This document shows positions 25,671-39,609 of a DNA stretch of 64,000 bases, in pieces. Below the pieces are notes generated by a model. The model ran no database searches. It was not told the DNA's origin and was given only the letters and a program-made list of their open reading frames with translations. Position numbers and translations under genes: made by a program. The stretch is from Trichoplax adhaerens (lineage: Eukaryota; Animalia; Placozoa): the NCBI RefSeq assembly GCF_000150275.1, contig NW_002060966.1, forward strand, positions 529,922 through 593,921, written 5' to 3'. Each line of letters starts with the position of its first letter. Within the stretch, counting starts at the first letter, position 1.

Positions 25671-27826
25671 ATGAAGGTTGTCTTATTAACATTATTGTTC
25701 TTTATTACCATTGCCACGACCGTTCAGGGTGAGTTTTATAATTAAATAATCTCAATTAACCATTTTCTTTATTTTATTCTCAGTTACTCTAAGTTACAAC
25801 TAATTAAAGACCGACAACCTTTGTATAGCGTTAGGACTAGCGTCATTTATTTATGGACTTTTCTCTCAGTCCGTTGTAGCTATGTTCTGTTTAATTTAAT
25901 CATCGGTGTTTGAGTAACCTTTTATTTCAATTCTTAATAGCAAGTTGCAATATCACACTAACATCAAGGAGTGGCAGTTTTAAAAGCCCATATTATCCTC
26001 AAATGTATAATCGCACATATTGTTACTACTCCATTTTCGTTCCCAGTGGCTACATAATTCGATTACATTGGCAGACATTTGATGTTGGCACACCTCAGAC
26101 TTTCAGCAAATGTCATGGCGATAAAGTAACAGTTTATAATGGATACAAAAGACCAGGTACTAAGAAAGTGGAGCTGTGTGGTCAAAAGAAAAAGTCTTTT
26201 TCTTCAACATCCAATCGTCTTACGGTTGTGTTCGATGGACGCACTAGTCGCAAATATCGAGGCTTCTATGCAGTTTATGATACAAGTAAGTCTTCCTCTC
26301 TTCATCATCAACAAAATTAATAGAAATTATACTTAACAATTTTAATTAAAACAAGGTAACACAAATTATACTATTTGTTCTGTCCTTGTAGTAACCCCTA
26401 TCGTAATGAGCAGCTACTAATTAAACTTATTCCAACAATTTAACTATATAGCTGTTATTTAGAATTTGACTTTCTTTGCAAGTAAAACTTTTTGGTATGA
26501 TATTCGGCTTGGATTTTAATTGTAATAGAATTAATGCGTACTTTAGATACCCCGATGGCACGGTATGATTTTAAAATGATAGATTATTTTTTAAATTAGC
26601 AGCCAACCAATTTACTATATATTGGCCAACTGCAGCAGGACAAATTCATTATTAACTACCGTACCTACGCAAAGATTTCATTGAAGCACAAATCTAACAG
26701 CACGTATTAATTTCGATGGATCTTAATCTCAAAGAGCAAATACAATTGATCGTTCTTGGACCATCTTTAGAGAACGACATTGCATCTAATACCTGATAGT
26801 AACAATTAAATTGATGCCTTACTTTCCTATTTGATAGATTAATATCAAACTATAAAATCTTCCTGCTAACGACTGAGGGTCGACATTAAAGCCGAGTATT
26901 AAATAACAGTAACTTGCAATTATGGCTAAATTTTAAGATCGATGTCTAGCTTGTACTTATGTAGTAGGATAGATAGAATAACAAGGTAGCTTCCATTAAT
27001 AATAATATAGAAATGCTAAGTTGTAATAGCATTTGCTTATATTACACAAACTAGATTTATATGGCTGCAATGCATGCTGAACTTGTTGATTGAATAGACA
27101 GAAATAGCTAAACTCTTAATTATTATCCGGCTAAAGAATTTTATCGCTTATATTAAGCTTTACCATCAATCACCGGCACTCCGAAGAGACCTGTTACTCC
27201 TTCTCGTGTGAGTACCTCCTCTTATATCTCCAAGACAGTAATTTTCAAAAATTCAACTTGTACCCGCTATCAATGGTACCATAATACACCACAAGGAAAA
27301 GTCCCCTACAAAACAACGATTACTTGTACGAAAGGTAAATTTTATTCTTTGCTTCTTAACTTAGTCAATCACAAGGACGCATTCAATTGCTATTCAAAGA
27401 TACAATTCTGCAGTGACTACAGGATTAAAATTGGCTAAAATTTCCTGGTACTGTTACGGTTAATTGGATTAAATTATAAATTCTAGTTTTTCAAAATCAA
27501 TTTTCTCAGTATACTTATAATCAAGCTTACTCAGTTAGTAAAAACTTTTAAATGTTACGTATAGCTACAGGATAAGCAATTAGTACCTTTGATAAACTTG
27601 AATAACATTCAGACCGATGATATTTCAATCAGAATATGGACGATTTAAAGTAATAACAGTCATCGTACGATATAGTTGCACCCTTTACAACGTTTTGTTC
27701 GTCGTTTTAAGTACAAATTTGTTACCTGCGCGAGTTGCATCTTCAGCAAATTTCCATACAAAGCAAAACTATACTCAGATTCTACTGGTTGCGATATTAG
27801 TGTTAACGCTTTCTTACTATTTGTAA
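25671..27826 (+). CDS. CUB gene 2: signal peptide-CUB-Pro/Thr stalk-novel Cys module-GPI-like tail; exons 25671-25728, 25941-26285, 27158-27334, 27747 (or 27735)-27826
   Basis: MKVVLLTLLFFITIATTVQA; CNITLTSRSGSFKSPYYP...YRGFYAVY; terminal hydrophobic ILLVAILVLTLSYYL* with no cytoplasmic tail; phase-1 introns. Confidence 0.8.
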
Positions 27827-28429
27827 TTATTTTTGTGCTACATGATTTCTATTATAGGTGTGAGCGTGGTTACCATTATTGCTGTATCGGTTAGTATTTT
27901 CATTTGTGCAATAATTGCAGGAATTTTTTACACTATTAAAAGACGACGAGGACCTCATTTTGTTAGGCTATAAAGCGAGTGGACCACATCAGCACATAAA
28001 ATTTGCTGGAATACACAACATCCTTATATACAGTTGTTTCCAATTAGCGGTAACAATTACGAATATGATTATGTTATTAGTGCAAAAGATGCGCCGGTTT
28101 TAGTGTCGTAGGAAACTACAGCGATCGCAGCATTTCGTTCTTATTCGGAGTCTTGTTAATTAATAATAGATGTTATTCGTAATTCTCGTTTACAATCTTC
28201 GGCTTCTACAGTATACATACTAAGAATATAAGTATTGAAAGCAATGTAATAGCGATTGTCTATTAACTTGAAGTACTAGTCTGCATTTGGGTAGGTTTTA
28301 GATAATGAAAATTCAGAAATTACTGTATCCCGTAGAATTTCGTTCTAATGAGTTTACTAAGTTTAGTAAGTGGATCGATGTTATTCATAACTATTAATTG
28401 CGATCTTTGGATTTGTAAACAAAGTTAGA

Positions 28430-29750
28430 ATACAAGTAGTTAAAACAAGACAATTCGCAACAGCAGAGATTTATGTTAACGAAAACCATGCAATAAACTA
28501 TTTTATTCCAAATCGTCTGTGATTAGAATTTGTTGGAGAATTCCAAAAAAGCAGATTTATTACAACATATTTGATAAATATCGATAGCAATATGTTTTAT
28601 ATCTCCAAAATTAGCGTAGAACTATGCAAACCGAAGCGTACACGTAGTTAAAGTAATGCAAGAGAGGTTTTTGTGAGCGAAAAACCAATAATAAACTGCT
28701 TGCATTCAGTATCGTTAGTGATTAAAATTTGTTGAAGAATGCAAAAGAAGCAGATTTATGGCTCCTTATTTAGACAATATCAATAGCAATAGTAATCATA
28801 ACCTCAAAATCAGTCTAGAACATTGTGAACTTAAGGGATACAAATAGTTAAAGCAACGCAACAGATATTATCTTCTTTGTAGTGGAGATTATAACCTGCT
28901 GTTAGTGATGTTTGTTTACGATAGACTTGAAAATACAGTAACCACAGAATTTCCGTCTTATACTTAGTCTAGTACGTGAATCGATGTTGATCATAACTTT
29001 TATATGTGATTTGCAGCTTTTAAACAAGGTAAGTAGATGACCAGTTATAGCAACGCTGCAGAAATTGTCCCCTTGCATTTGATAGTCTGCAACTGGAGAA
29101 GTTTATATTAACGAGAATCCCGTAATAAACCATTTATTTCGAATTATTTGTGATTTCAATTTGTTGGAGATTCCAAAGAAGCACATTCATAACACCTCGT
29201 TTAGGCAATATAAACAGCTATATGCTTAACATCATAATAATCAGTCTTGAACATTGTAAGTATTAAGAATTGCTCCTTGGCGAGTAATATGCATTAATAC
29301 ATGTACTTCTCAACTCTCATGTGAAGACAAGAAGTGATTTTACTGAAGTTGTACCCGACTTTATATAACATATCTACGCATACCATAGCCGTATGATACT
29401 CCCACATTGTACAGTAATCTATTCCATAAAGATAAATGCATCATAAACATCATAAAGTCATATTACAATTTCAACGATTGCTGGTAACATAGCTTTATTG
29501 CTTGTTACTCTACACATTTTACAACTACTGACGTAACAGCAAGTGAAAGCAAATAAGTAATTAAAGCGACAAAATAGAGATTGTCTTCTTTGTGCTTGGA
29601 ATGATAGTCTGCAAATGGAAAGGTTCTTGTCAACAAGTAGGCTGTAACAAAGTGTTTTATTCTGAATTGTTTGCGATTAGAATTTGTTGAAAAATTCCGA
29701 AGAAGCAGATTTACATTGCCCCATTTGGTTAATACTAATAGTAATGTGTT
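28430..29750. repeat. Degenerate local repeat, about 4 copies
   Basis: Variants of gattagaatttgttggagaattccaaa.aagcagattta at ~28521, ~28720, ~29152, ~29676. Confidence 0.7.
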
Positions 29751-30439
29751 TCATAGCTTTTTCTCTCCCAAATTTTGAATAATCTCAAACAAGTGTATCA
29801 CTTATAGTAACGTAACCGAACAATAATAGTAGCCCATTAATTTGCTTATCTACATTAATGCCCATGCCATTCGATAAAATGAATTATACAAGCTCCAGAG
29901 TATGATTACAATTAACGCGGCTATCACAGATATACAACTTTCATCTTGCAGTAGTCAGCAATCCATCAAGAATGATATATGCACAAATGCATGCATGAAT
30001 GGAATGATCGCTGCTATTTCACAGGCATGCAACTATTAAAGTATTAGTTAAACAATCCATAACCATCATCAAATAGAGCTTCCTTGGAATGATAACAATT
30101 CTATCCCCAATAATTATGACAAGCATGATGAATTGATGATGTCAGTGAGAGAATGCGCAGAATAATCTTTTCATCAAATAGAAAAAATAAATCTGTGGTT
30201 GGCATTCTAGTGGATATATGATCTTTGTTAAAGAGCTCAACAGGACTTAATTTTAGCGATTCATATGTTAATTAATGCTTGCCACATTGATCAGTAACGT
30301 CGTTATTATTACCCTATTGACAGTTATTAACGAAGGCTATACAGTAGATTCATTAAAGGAAAAGAAAAATTGCCGTCATTCTATTCAAGAAGCTCTCTAT
30401 TAAGGCTAGGAAGGATAGTTAACGGAACTTTTTATCTAA

Positions 30440-31650
30440 GTTATCAGGAAATTTCGTGATAGACATACGATTTGGTAAGTTGAAATTCTCTTACTCGGTT
30501 TACGGATTCCTTCTCAGTTATCATGATGCAACAATGAATAGTGGAAGATATTGTCCACGGCAACGATTGTGCCTTTGCTTATCAATTCGAGCAGTATCTT
30601 TAATCATTGAGCATAACTTTTAGCGCTCTTTGGGAAAGTAAAAATTATTTTTAAGTCACAATTGAAACAATATCTTTCAAAATCTTCCTTAGCTACTTAA
30701 AGTAAGATCATGATGTAGTTTACTAACTAGTAAGGCTATCCTAGTAAAAGATAGAGTCCTTAGGATCGAACATGCTGGATGCTTGTCAACTCTAGTATCT
30801 TTAATTAGGCATTGAATATAAAACTTTAGCACTCCTTTAGGAAAGTGAAGTTTATTTTCAACTCAAGCTAAAAATATCATCTTTCAGTGTCGTTCTTAGC
30901 TACTAAAAATAAGACCATAAAGCAGTTCACTATCTCATGAAGCTATCAGATTTTAGTCTGGCAAATGATTTCTAAAATTTTAATGTATAGGTTACGGTTA
31001 ATATACGTAAGTTTTTTAGGTGTAGAATATCATGGACAGAAGTCAACAGGTCGCTCGCTTTACATCATCCTTCGTCTAATTACTTGCCATATACGTCTAA
31101 TAGACTGTAATTTCCACCATAAAATTAGTTTATTGCAATGAGTTAAGTCTTAATCATGACAACAAATTAACTTTCGTATCAAACTTACTGATCACTGCCA
31201 ATTTCTATAGGTTTTTTATGAAAGAATCGTAGATTTAAACCAATCAAGGAGACAGCTTCGCTTATATTTCACAGCTAGTAAAATCTTATCAGGTTCCTTT
31301 ACCATTAGTCATTCTACGTCAAACGATGCCTTAAATGATATATTACTTTGAAGAAGGTTTACAAAGGTTCATAAGTACACCTTTTAGGCTGTAATTTAAG
31401 ACAAAGATAGATAGTGTCCTCAAATATAACCTTTACAGTTTCTATTGCAAAGGATTCTGATGGATGGCAAGTCAAATTTTGAGAAAAATATGTTCGAAAT
31501 GGCATCTTATAATGCCTTTTCTCATACTCAGTAAAAGCATATATGCATATGCTTAAACATCTTATACTTAGAGGCTCAGCAAGATACAACTTAAGATAGT
31601 AAAAGTAGATATCGATAACAGTAGCGCAAATTGTATCAGAAATAGTTTGT
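30440..31650 (+). repeat. Upstream/5'-UTR-intron region of CUB gene 3, paralogous to 46140-46800 and 48225-49300
   Basis: gtctggcaaatgatttctaaaattttaatgtataggttacggttaatatacg at 30956 and 46216; acagtttctattgcaaagga at ~31435, ~46691, ~49079; shared probable donor gtaagt at 30475 and 48252. Confidence 0.8.
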
Positions 31651-31880
31651 GGCTAGTATGCCGATTTTGACTGATTATGATAGGCTTAATAAATATCCAT
31701 AAACTTCTCACTATACCAGTAATAACGTAATAAGCAAAGAAAGAACTAAAAAAAGACGCTATATTTTTATTTACTCTTATTCCTTCCATACCATTTTATC
31801 GATATCGAACTTAAAATCAAATTGTTTCTCTAAGAGTTGGATTCTAACTTTTCCCTAGAATACAAAAAACCCTTTCCGCC

Positions 31881-34800
31881 ATGAAATTAATTTCAATTGC
31901 TATCATAACTGCCATCATGATGGCCTGTGTCGACGGTAAGAAGTTAATTACAAGAAATAATGCTCTTATTACATTGCAATACTTAATTTTATTTTTAGTC
32001 TATAGGATGATAAACTGAAATTATGGCTTACAATCGTTATAATACACTATCTATTTTTTATTTGATTGATGATGGTAGCTAGTTGCAATTTCAAGTTGAC
32101 ATCGAACTCCGGATCCTTCCATAGCCCAAATTATCCAAATAATTATGCTAGTGGAAAGTGTGAATATAAAATTACAGTTCCTAAAGGTAAAGCGGTCCAG
32201 TTAACCTGGAAAACTTTCAATGTTGGTCCTTCCAAGGTGAATAAGAAGTGTCCTGGAGATACAGTTTCGGTCTATGATGGCACTAAGGACAAAAATAATG
32301 GCATTGACATTCTGTGTGGGCAAGAAATTCAATCAATTACATCGAGTGGCGGTAACCTGACTATCATTTTAGATAGTAAAAGCGACAAAAAATATAAAGG
32401 TTTTTCAGCTTCCTATACTACAAGTACGTGAATTCTTCTAATATTTATATATATAGATTAAAACCTACTAACAGATATAATTTAATTCTCAAGCCTTGTA
32501 AAACTTCTACATAACATGTATAATGCATACATATACCGCACATATTTATTGCAAATACAGTATATGGTACATTGCCTATAAAGTAACGTATGACATATAC
32601 AGTTTATACCTAAATTTTTCTAATATTATATTGATAGAAACCTACTAATACGTATAATTTCATTAAAAACCTTATATGCAGCGTAAATCGGCGACTGAAT
32701 TTCTTTTATTCTCTTTAAAATCACAGTTGACGTAGCCTGTAATGGTATGACTTTATCGACCGATTCAGGATATATTGCCTCTCCCAATTATCCTAACCCA
32801 TATCCAATTAATTCAAATTGTTTGTATAAAATACAACTGCCACCTAGGAAAGTTATAGCTATTGGCTGGTTAGGCTTTGATATTCCTTTTGGCCAACCAT
32901 CAAATTGTCAAGACTACGTGGAAGTTTATGATAAAGAACCCACAGAAAGCAGTAAAGTTTATCGCTATTGTGACCCTGGATATTATCCACCCCAATTTAC
33001 CTCTAGCAGCAATGTAGCCTATATAAAATTTGTTAGTTCCAGTACCAAAAACAAGAATCACAAAGGTTTTATTGCTTATTATCGATCAGGTGTGTTAAGC
33101 AAACACAGTGCCTATATTCATAATAGTTAGTCTTTCGAAGTATATCAGGCGTGATTGCTCATTAAAAGCTAATGGAAAAGAAATTTAGCTGATGTATAGA
33201 TAATTGCAAATATACTCGTTTTATTTAATAACCTTGTAATCTACCGTCTATTAAAATTAGGTACCAGACAAACCTGCAATATCAATTATGGTACTGCGAC
33301 AGGAGTCGTTACAGTTCCTAATGTACCATCACTAGTTGGTCAAAATTTGGACTGTAAAATTAACATCAACGCGAAATTGTCTGATATAATTAATTTTAAA
33401 TGGATGGAATTTGGCTCTGATTTATTCTCTAAGCCCGACTCTTGTCAAAATTTTATCGAAATTTACGGTGGTGACATGACTGCATCTAATTTAGTCTCGA
33501 AGAAATGTAATTCTAAAACAGGTTCTAGCGTCAGCATGAATGGTACAACGGCTATTGTGCATTATAAAATCAAAAATTATAACACCAAAAAAAACTTTCG
33601 CTTAGTTTATCAAGGAGGTTAGCCATATTATTTATACGTAAATAATAAATATTAATTAAATATAATTGGCCTCCAGTGTATATTTTTAAAATAATGGAAA
33701 GCACTTGATTAATATTTATTAATTTACTAAATTTATAATATATCAAGTGTTATGTCTATGATATTTTAAGATGATTCACTTAAATCTATTACTAACCAGA
33801 TTGTAAATAATAAAATCTATTTCATATATGAATCGTGCGTGGAATTCTTAAACGACTCGATTCTGTAGAAACTTGCTCTGATATTGTATAATTCAGATTA
33901 ATTAAATCATTTTTTTAGTGCTAGATAATACTATTAAATCCCATTCAATTGCTATACTGTCCCTTTTAGTAATACTCAGTTATTAGTATATTAGCAAATT
34001 GCTTGCTTATGATTACTTGGTTTTCTTCTTCTTTTAGTAACAACTGGAGTTTTACATAAAGAAATTATATTCAAAAATGCTACATGTGAAGCTATTGAAT
34101 GGTATTACAATACACCATTTGGCAAAGTTATTTCTAGAACTTCGTTCTCTTGCAGCTCAGGTAATTTTATTAGCATTTATAGTAGCATTTCAATTAATTT
34201 AAGAATGATATTTGATCATATTTCACCTAAATCACTTATTCAAAGGATAATCGTAACTAGGCATGCTATCTAGGGTTTTAGTAATCGATTAATTAGTAAT
34301 TGCAAAACTAATATAACATCCTCGATATTATAGATTTAATTAATTAAAATCAAATCTTTATTCTATTACAGCTACATAAGATAATTATTTAAAAATTTAC
34401 TTTACTACTTAGATCGAAATAAATTACATCTTTATTATTTATACTAAAATAAAGAGCATACCATCGTACGGTAACAACGTTAAATATTGCTGAAACACAT
34501 GGTTTATAATTTACTACTTCTTCGAGTAAACGGATATAGACCAATCTCACTATTTTATTATTGCATAGAAAGCTAATATATCCATTTGAACTTCTTATCT
34601 TATATTGATATCAATATCATTTGCAGATTAATACACTCGTACTGTTGTTATTTCGATATATCGCAATACGATTCCTTTATAAAACATACTCATGATATGG
34701 CGATCGAAATTGCAATAGCAAATTTACAATAGCTTAGAATTCATTTATATGATAGCAGCAACTGATTGTTTACGGATGGTATATTGTAAATGAATTTATG

Positions 34801-34995
34801 TTTAATTCAGCATGTATTTACTAACGACTTATTGTCATATTAGGGCATGGCATCAAAGGTACTCTACCACTTTGGGCCTTTGTCCTAATTATTATCGGTA
34901 GCTGTGCTGTACTGATAGGACTTTCCATTGGCGTGGGATGTTGCATCTATAAGGCTGTCAAAAGAAGACGAAGTACACCATACAGACAAATATAA
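31881..34995 (+). CDS. CUB gene 3: signal peptide-3xCUB-novel Cys module-TM-tail ending YRQI; exons 31881-31935, 32079-32423, 32727-33089, 33261-33617, 34038-34160, 34844-34995
   Basis: MKLISIAIITAIMMACVDA; SPNYPNNY, SPNYPNPYPINSNCLYKI, CQDYVEVYD; TM LPLWAFVLIIIGSCAVLIGLSIGVGCCIY; phase-1 introns. Confidence 0.9.
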
Positions 34996-36819
34996 TTGCA
35001 TAACGCCTAACTTACAAGTTAATTGGTTTGGTTTGTTCATCTGAGACACACATAAAATACTAAAATTTAACAACTAAGTACATTCTTCATACTTGCTTTA
35101 ACAATCGGCAAATGGATAGAGAATAATGTTCATTTGAGTTGCACTATTTTAGTGCCTCAAACATTATTTACTTTAAAGAATTATTCAACTATTTTAAAGC
35201 AGCGTCATAGACATTGGTATCAATGTTTCAACATGATTAACTAAGATAAAGCTCAATTAATTTTACTCAAAATTTAACCATATTTTTTATACTATCTTAA
35301 AATAGTAATACCAGTAGGACATCTGTATATTTCTTGGATTTAATGAATAAATTTGAAAAATGTACACATATATGTAGTGAAGCTCCAAATAAGCTTAAGA
35401 CTGAAATTAAGGAATAATGCGAAAATCGATAAATTGTACGCTAGGTTGTAAGACTACATAAGTTTCTAATTGTGGAAGATGTTTACGGAATGTATTGTAG
35501 TAATTGTGTAGAGATGTTTATATTAAGATTCCGAGATAATAATAGATAGCGCTAATTATGTTAGTACTGTGAGATTTGTATTGTAACGCTTTAATTAGAA
35601 GCGCGAATTATGAACTGATAGCGTGATGGTAAATTTAGAGGCGAACTTGTAACTCAATTGGCAAGATATGATTGTGCTTGAAAGAAAATTATTGTGTAAC
35701 TAATTGTATACAAATTTTGAATATTGCTGCGATAATTTAGAAAGTCCTTGGTAGATACGAGACAAACCTAATCTTATGTAATAAAGTGAAGTTTACAAAA
35801 TCTGTAGTTCGTGTTGTATTTTTGAGAAGATACTTAATCACAATGTACAATAAACTTAGTTAATCATAAGGCACGGCAATATTTGCGCAAAATTTTGTAC
35901 GAACAGTGCAAATGAAGAAGATATAGTCGCTACTTCATATTAATTTATTTCACTTAATATTTTGTACGCTTATTTGTAGTTCTAGCGTTATTTGACAGAT
36001 AAAACATTTTAAATTTATTTTATTGTAAGAAATTGTACTCTGTGAATTATAGTATCTTATCGAAAGAGGTAGAAGAAAGTGTGATATAGACTCCATTCAC
36101 TGATATCTTATTCTTGTTTTAGAATTATTGAAGAACATATGCAATCAATATGATGTGGAATATTCAAATTTAGCAAATGAGATTAATTTTAATCTCGATT
36201 AATCATTTAAATTTTATAGCTTCATCCACAGTAATTATGACTGCAAATTATTTCATGAAAGATTCAATAGATGACTTTTGCTGATTTCATCCTATCATAA
36301 CAAAATAATGTATTTAGATACGTTATTCGCAAATTAGCAAAAGCAAATAATTTTGAGCATAAATTACTTCTTTATGTGATTGATTGCTACCGGCCTATGG
36401 CAACTCTTGGAGTAGATGTTATCAATATTTATAAGATCTTATTGTGCTACAAACACGATAGTAGAATACCGTTATGTTGTAAATATAAGATATATTACAT
36501 ATATACGTATATAGATACTCTCATAATTGCAATTGAAATAGCATCTATCACACCCCAAACTAAAAAAAAATTTAATAGAATGCACTGTGTCTGATTTAAA
36601 GAAACAATAATTGCGATGAAGAAGCTGAAAAGAACGCCAATATCCTAAATAACGCTTAATCACTTTTCGTATGATAATTAAAATACAAGTCATGTATTCT
36701 ATACCGTTTACACCATATATTATAAATTATTCTGAAATTTAACAGTATTTTATTGAAATAGTTATTTTCATTCATTTGGACAGAACTCCTGATTTAAATG
36801 TACCCTAGAAAACATTTAT

Positions 36820-37225
36820 GTAAGCGCATACTGTATGCGAGTATTGCAGAGGTTATAATCCAAGGTGATAAATGCATAGCTATAAAACTTTAATCTGACT
36901 TATTCTTAGAGGGCCTACTTGTATTGCATACAATGTACGCTATTGTAAATTACCCTAAAAAATTTAATAGTACTTTATGGAAGGAGCCATTTCTATTCAG
37001 TTGAGCAGAGTTCTAGATTTGAAGAGTATCTTCGTCAACACCTACTCACACTATATGCAAGCATTGTAGAAGTTTCAATCCGAAATGATTATATGTATAT
37101 CTGTAAACTTTAAAATCCAATTTATTTTCAGAGAGCCTTATTGTATATGTGAGCATTGCAGAAGTTAGAATCCGAGATGATTAAATGCGTAGTTACAAAA
37201 CCGTAATGTTATTTATTTCTGAAAG
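36820..37225. repeat. Short degenerate tandem repeat (3-4 copies)
   Basis: Variants of gcattgcaga.gtt..aatcc.a..tgat...atg...a...taaa at ~36841, ~37061, ~37153. Confidence 0.55.
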
Positions 37226-39609
37226 CCTACTTCGATAATTAGAAAAATGATCAGTTTTTGACTGCTTGACTGCTATACTACAAATAATATAGAATAATTA
37301 TCAAACTGAATACTGATTATAAAGCAATTTTATCAAATCAATACCGAAAAAGTTCTGATAGCAAATGAGCTCATTAGAGGTATAAGATGAGAGTTTTTTT
37401 AACTATTAATAAAATCGTTGATATTAGTTATTAGTATAAGGCAAAATTAGCAATTTCATTCAGTACCGTAACATACTTTACTTCATCATTGAAGCAATCG
37501 ATTAATTAATTCCTGTATAGAATTTTTGCTATCTGGACTGATAACAAATGAAGTCAACGCCAACCTTTGATCTGGTAAGAATTTTTTAACTTAATTGCAC
37601 CATCAGCAAAACAGCCTTTCAGTTTATAATCTATGAGTTTATCACCCTTTAGATCAGTAACTTAAAATTTGAGTCATTCAAATTAAAAATGAGGAAATTT
37701 CTAGCGTGAAATAATTAGGTCAAAACCGTGATTAACCGAAAAAGGATCATGTTAAGAATCACACTAGTCCTTCATACAAATAAGGCATTTCATATAGCTG
37801 CAGTAATTAATTAGTTGAAATCGCTACAATCCCCATCAAAGCATGTCTACAAGCTGTCATAAGGGTATTAATTTGATATAAATAAAAATATTGACTCTAT
37901 AATCAACAAGTTATTCTTGCATTTTCATACAGAAGTGACGTTAAGTCGTGTTAAGGCTAATACTAATATGTGGGAGAGTCTTATAAATTAACTGTGTGAG
38001 ATTATGGTTTTGCTCATCTTTAGCGACTGACCAAAATCGGCCGTTGAAATCTAGTTTAAGGTTTCGTATCCAGGTTAATACAGTCTATTAACATTTAGGG
38101 ATAGGACAAAACTCCCATCGTGAGGACCGGCTAGTAGTATAGCACAGAACGCTATTTGGTTCCCTATCAGGATTGTGGGCAGTAATATATGTATATAATA
38201 TATGCGTAAGATAGTAAATATATAATAGATTATCATATTGTCACGGTACGAACCACCATGCAGAATAAATGACTAAATTTAGTGTTAAACATTTATATAT
38301 GGAGATAATTAATAATGACCTACAGTAAGAACTATGGTAGTTATTATTTTGTTACAATAAATTATACTGTATTGTAGCAAAATTTGTCATAAGGTAACTA
38401 ATATTAATTGATTATAGTGCTATGTCTTGTAACGCTTGTGATGAATATGCTGAAGATATTAAATTATATATGATACGATAATACTACATTACAAAGTCAA
38501 TTTGTTTTTTATTTTTAGTATGTTTTATATACATTTGAATAGTTAATTAATTCTAATTATTTTAACGCCCATTATAATTATTAACAGTTAAATTAATTGA
38601 TCTATTATGAGCGTAAGAAATACAAAAATATGTATCTAGAAATGACGAGATCATTACACCCAGGGTCGGAAAATTATAACAAGTGGCATTAATAGATTTT
38701 AACTTTCTCTAAGTTTTAATTTTGAAAGCTCGTTACTATCATAACTATTAGATAAAGTAAGTAATGACTGATTGATTTGTTCCAACTCTTGAACTTTGTC
38801 TATTACTGTAATTATGATTGTTTCATTCCTACTGGAAGACATAAGCCATTTTGTTTCTCTGAATTTACACCTACGATGTAAACTCATCTTTTTCACGTCC
38901 CATACCATGTTACCAATTTAGGAATGATCAGAGTTAGGGTTACTGTAATACTTCATTCACTCGTTTTCCTCTACAGTCCTTACTGTTCCTTATATCTTTT
39001 CACTTCTCTAGTTTGCGTTTCTTCCCAAATTTTATTCTAAATTATTGATAAATTCGCTTTAGAACTTTATTGACGATCTGACTGCGATGAAAGGGTTTAA
39101 GCCGTTCCTAAATAGATAAAGTGCGCTCACTATTTCAGGATTATGACGGTTATAATATGATTATTTATGCCTTTATTCTACTTTTTTTAAAAGACATACT
39201 TGGAGAAAGTTTTACGAAAGAATTATGTTGCCAACACGTCAATAAATCCAAAAGTAAATCACTTTTAAAGTTTTTTTCAGTTCATACTAACTGATTACGC
39301 CAATTATGTCAATTTTAAGACTAGAACTGATTAAAATTGATATAAACCTCAATATAGCAGCTTATTAAGTTAGACTTTATGCATTTATATATAAAAATTG
39401 AAGTAATATTTATAAAATAGTATACCAGTAGAATCATGCTTGCCATGTTAATGGAAATTATAGCTGGCATACCTAACGTGAAAAGTAACAAATTTACAAT
39501 GTTCTAATGGGCAGGCAATGCAGCTTTCGTAATCCATTTACAAACGCTTTCTAAATGACCTTACCAACAGTCTTTGATTTAGGTTAAAATATAGTCCAGA
39601 AGCCTGACC

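Noticed and set aside
38699-38908. Minus-strand 69-aa ORF with a coiled-coil-like stretch
   Set aside because: No homology I can recognise and no supporting neighbouring exons.
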